Origin: Octopus sinensis
Taxonomy: Eukaryota
DNA length: 64,000 bases
Reading direction: 5' to 3'
Assembly: GCF_006345805.1 (NCBI RefSeq)
Contig: NC_042997.1
Location: 43,896,001 to 43,960,000 of the forward strand
Part shown: in pieces, positions 61,081 to 64,000 of the stretch
Numbering within the stretch: the first letter of the stretch is position 1
How the letters are laid out: the number at the start of each line of letters is the position of its first letter
Notes under the pieces: model-generated
The model's input: the letters and a program-made list of their open reading frames with translations, nothing else
Told to the model about the DNA's origin: nothing
The model's database searches: none
Program-made: the position numbers and the translations under genes

Positions 61081-64000
61081 TATTTATTTCAATTTTATTT
61101 AGTTTCAGCTCACAAGCTGTGGCCATGCTGGGGCACCACCATTTGGTGTTGCTACATGATTTTACTTCACGAATGCTTTTTAGCAATTGCCATTTGGTGC
61201 AGCTGCCCTCATCTGCACCTCCTGCCGTGAATACATATATTGATCCTGTATCAAACTTTTCAACAAGATCCAATGTGTCAAATACCTCAATGTTCTCATA
61301 TATGTCACAATACCCTTCGACAAAGATTTCTATTGTAGGTTTCCGTAGTGCTTTTTGTACTTATTCTAATAAAGCAGTGAGTTGGCAGCATTTGTCCATT
61401 CTTATGTTCTGGATTCAAATTCTGCCAAGATTAACTTGTCTTTCATCTTTTCAGGGTTGATAAAATAAGTACCAGTTATGCACTGGGGTTCGATGTAATC
61501 AACTGACACTCTCAGCCACAAATTTCAGGCCTTGTGCTGATAGTAGAAAGAATTATTATTATTGGGGCAGCCCCTGGCTCCCCAGACCCTGGTCGAACCG
61601 TCCAACCCGTGCTAGCGCGGAAAACGGACGTTAAACGATGATGATGATGATGAATAACACATTTAGAAGGGTTTCTAGTTATAATGGTTTGCAGAAGCAT
61701 GACATATTTGATGAAAAACTGAATATGTATTTAAAGTTAAGTGTTTCCGAGGATAAATTAAATTTTTAGGCACAAGCATGGCTGTGTGGTTAAGAGGTTT
61801 TTCAATCAAGTAGTCTTGGGTTCAGTTCAACTTCACATCACTTTCGGCAAATGTCTTCTACTATAGCTTTGGACTGACTAATGCCTTGTGAGAGAATTAG
61901 ATAGACAGAAACTATGGAAGCCCACACACACACATTTCTTCACCACTGGTGTTGGTTTGTTTGTTTCTGTAATGTAGCAGTTCAGCAAAAGTGAATGACA
62001 AAATAAGTACCAGGCTTTAAAAAGTAAGTAAAGGTAAATGGTAAAGACCCACTTTGGTCATGAATGACCATGGGATTGCACCTAGGGAAAGTTCCCCTCT
62101 GAAGCACAAGTCTGGGCAAGGTTGTTTATAGAAGACCAACAGTTGCCAATGTATACAAGCGTCCCCTTTTCGTGCCACTGATGTTATCCAAGGGAAAGGG
62201 GCCATTACAGCTTGGCACTAATGATGTCACAACACATTTCTACAACTGAGTGAACTGGAGCAACATGAAATAAAGTATCTTGCTCAAGAACACAACTCAC
62301 AGCTCAGTCTTGGAATCAAACTCACAACCTTATGAATGTAAGCTCAACCCTCTAACCACTGAGCCATGCACCTTCACAAAAAGTAAGGACTAGGATCAAG
62401 GTGGTGCCCCAGTAAAAGATGAAAATATGTAAAATAAAAAACGTTTTCCTGGAAAAGTTGAAAAGTAGGTTGGAGTTGAGTCCTGGAATTTGTATGTTAG
62501 TAAGTGATGGGTTGGTTTCCCCTTTGCGCAGCACCTACAACAAAAACACCAGCTTTTCCATATAAATCTTCTACAGCATCCACATGTATATAACACTGCA
62601 ACAAAAGGAAAACAGTGCACAAACATACATTTGATACTCACAGATGAAAATATTTGGCCAACACAGACCAAAATGCGAAGACCTGTTGAGGCAAGCAAAA
62701 TCGAAATCGATCAAAAAATCAATAGAAATTGTAGTTGTGATCCCAGTGCTGATGGCACATAAAAAGATCCATCCGAACATGGCTGTTGCCAGCGCCGCCT
62801 TGACTGGCACGTAAAAAGCACCCACTATACTCACTGAGTGGTTGGCGTTAGGAAGGGCATCCAGCTGTAGAAACACTGCCAGATCAGACTGGAGCCCAGT
62901 GCAGCCTCCTGGCTTCCCAGACCCCGGTCGAACCGTCCAACCCATGCTAGCATGGAGAACGGACGTTAAATGATGATGATAAGTGTGTTTGATGTATATG
63001 GGAAAATGATGTATTGTTGTGTTTTAATCTGAAAGGCCTGACTGAGCAGGCCTAAGAAAGAAAGTATTGCAACCATGACCACCTCATCTGTCACCCGGAG
63101 GTACATTATCAATTGTGTTCTGCCTTATTTTTAAGATGATTGGTTTTGATTTATCGGATGTTTTGGTTGATGTAACAGCTCAGGTGACCATGGACAGCAG
63201 TGATTCTCAACCATCTTTCTCTATGTTCACTATTCTACTCTGGTGAACCCCCATAACGATTTCATGTCTAAAAACTAGTTTTATAGATTCCTTTTTTGTT
63301 TCTTACACATTTATTTGTTTATAACAATACTGAGAGAACATTTTTCAGGGGCCAGAAACCTAGCTGTTTCTTGCAATAAATACATCTAAAGAATGAGCCC
63401 TTAAAATATCACTGTATACTCCCAAATTACTATTTTGCTTGTGTGGACCCCCAAAATCTTATAGGGTCCCCAATTGAGAACTACCAATGCAGAGCCCCCC
63501 TGCATTGCATTACTGGTTTTTAATGTTTATTTTTCCATGTCAGCATGAATAAGAAACACATTTTCCACTCATCTGAAACAAGGAAGTTGTCTGGGTGGGA
63601 AATTAAAAATGTCAACCCAGCCAAAATTAAATATTAATTATTAAATATAAAATATTTTCAGTTCATTATGAAAATAGTAATTAAAGACTTTAGCATTCAG
63701 ATTACTCATTCAAATGTAATGTTTGCTTATTCACACTGTTTTCAATTAATCATGCATTATCTTGTAGCTACACGATTTGTTGGTATAATTGTTTATTTTT
63801 AGAATGATATTGCAAAGTAGGTGTGAGAGGCTGGATCTGGCTGGCTTTAGCATAAAATAGAATATTTGAGCTAGATACAACCGGTTTGAATTCCAAAGAG
63901 TTAACGCAAGAATCTGTTAATGCAATTCAATAAAATGGTTATTTCGATGTTTGACAAGCACAATATCTGCTGCATTTCAAATGTAATGAGTAATGCTTTT

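Noticed and set aside
58000-64000. Upstream CLNS1A exons (PH-like domain)
   Set aside because: No matching peptide with splice sites was found. They probably lie beyond the right edge of the window.

Overview
AT-rich, repeat-dense eukaryotic DNA, most likely from an octopus. That assignment is inferred from the SINE/RTE/Helitron repertoire and the microsatellite load, not proven. Two spliced protein-coding genes lie on the minus strand. The first is the 5' part of an NRAMP/SLC11 divalent-metal transporter: exons at 1604-1726 and 8333-8430, plus two frame-compatible candidate first coding exons at 16764-16803 and 31524-31608. The second is the last three coding exons of CLNS1A/pICln: 57886-57987, 53159-53293 and 51236-51297. 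The rest is mostly transposon material: tRNA-derived SINEs, RTE, CR1 and Hero-like LINE fragments, non-autonomous Helitrons, hAT, mariner/Tc1, piggyBac-like and Chapaev3-like DNA transposon remnants, and a Gypsy RT relic. The most notable unannotated structures are (i) several minimal type-I hammerhead ribozyme motifs of the Penelope-like-element kind, one with an intact core in sense with the NRAMP pre-mRNA, (ii) long near-perfect fold-back hairpins, mostly beside (TA)n arrays, (iii) a templated copy of NRAMP exon sequence inserted into the neighbouring intron, and (iv) a DMT1-like two-first-exon architecture with a HIF/MRE/CCAAT-like motif cluster. All calls were made by eye; coordinates of repeat edges are approximate.
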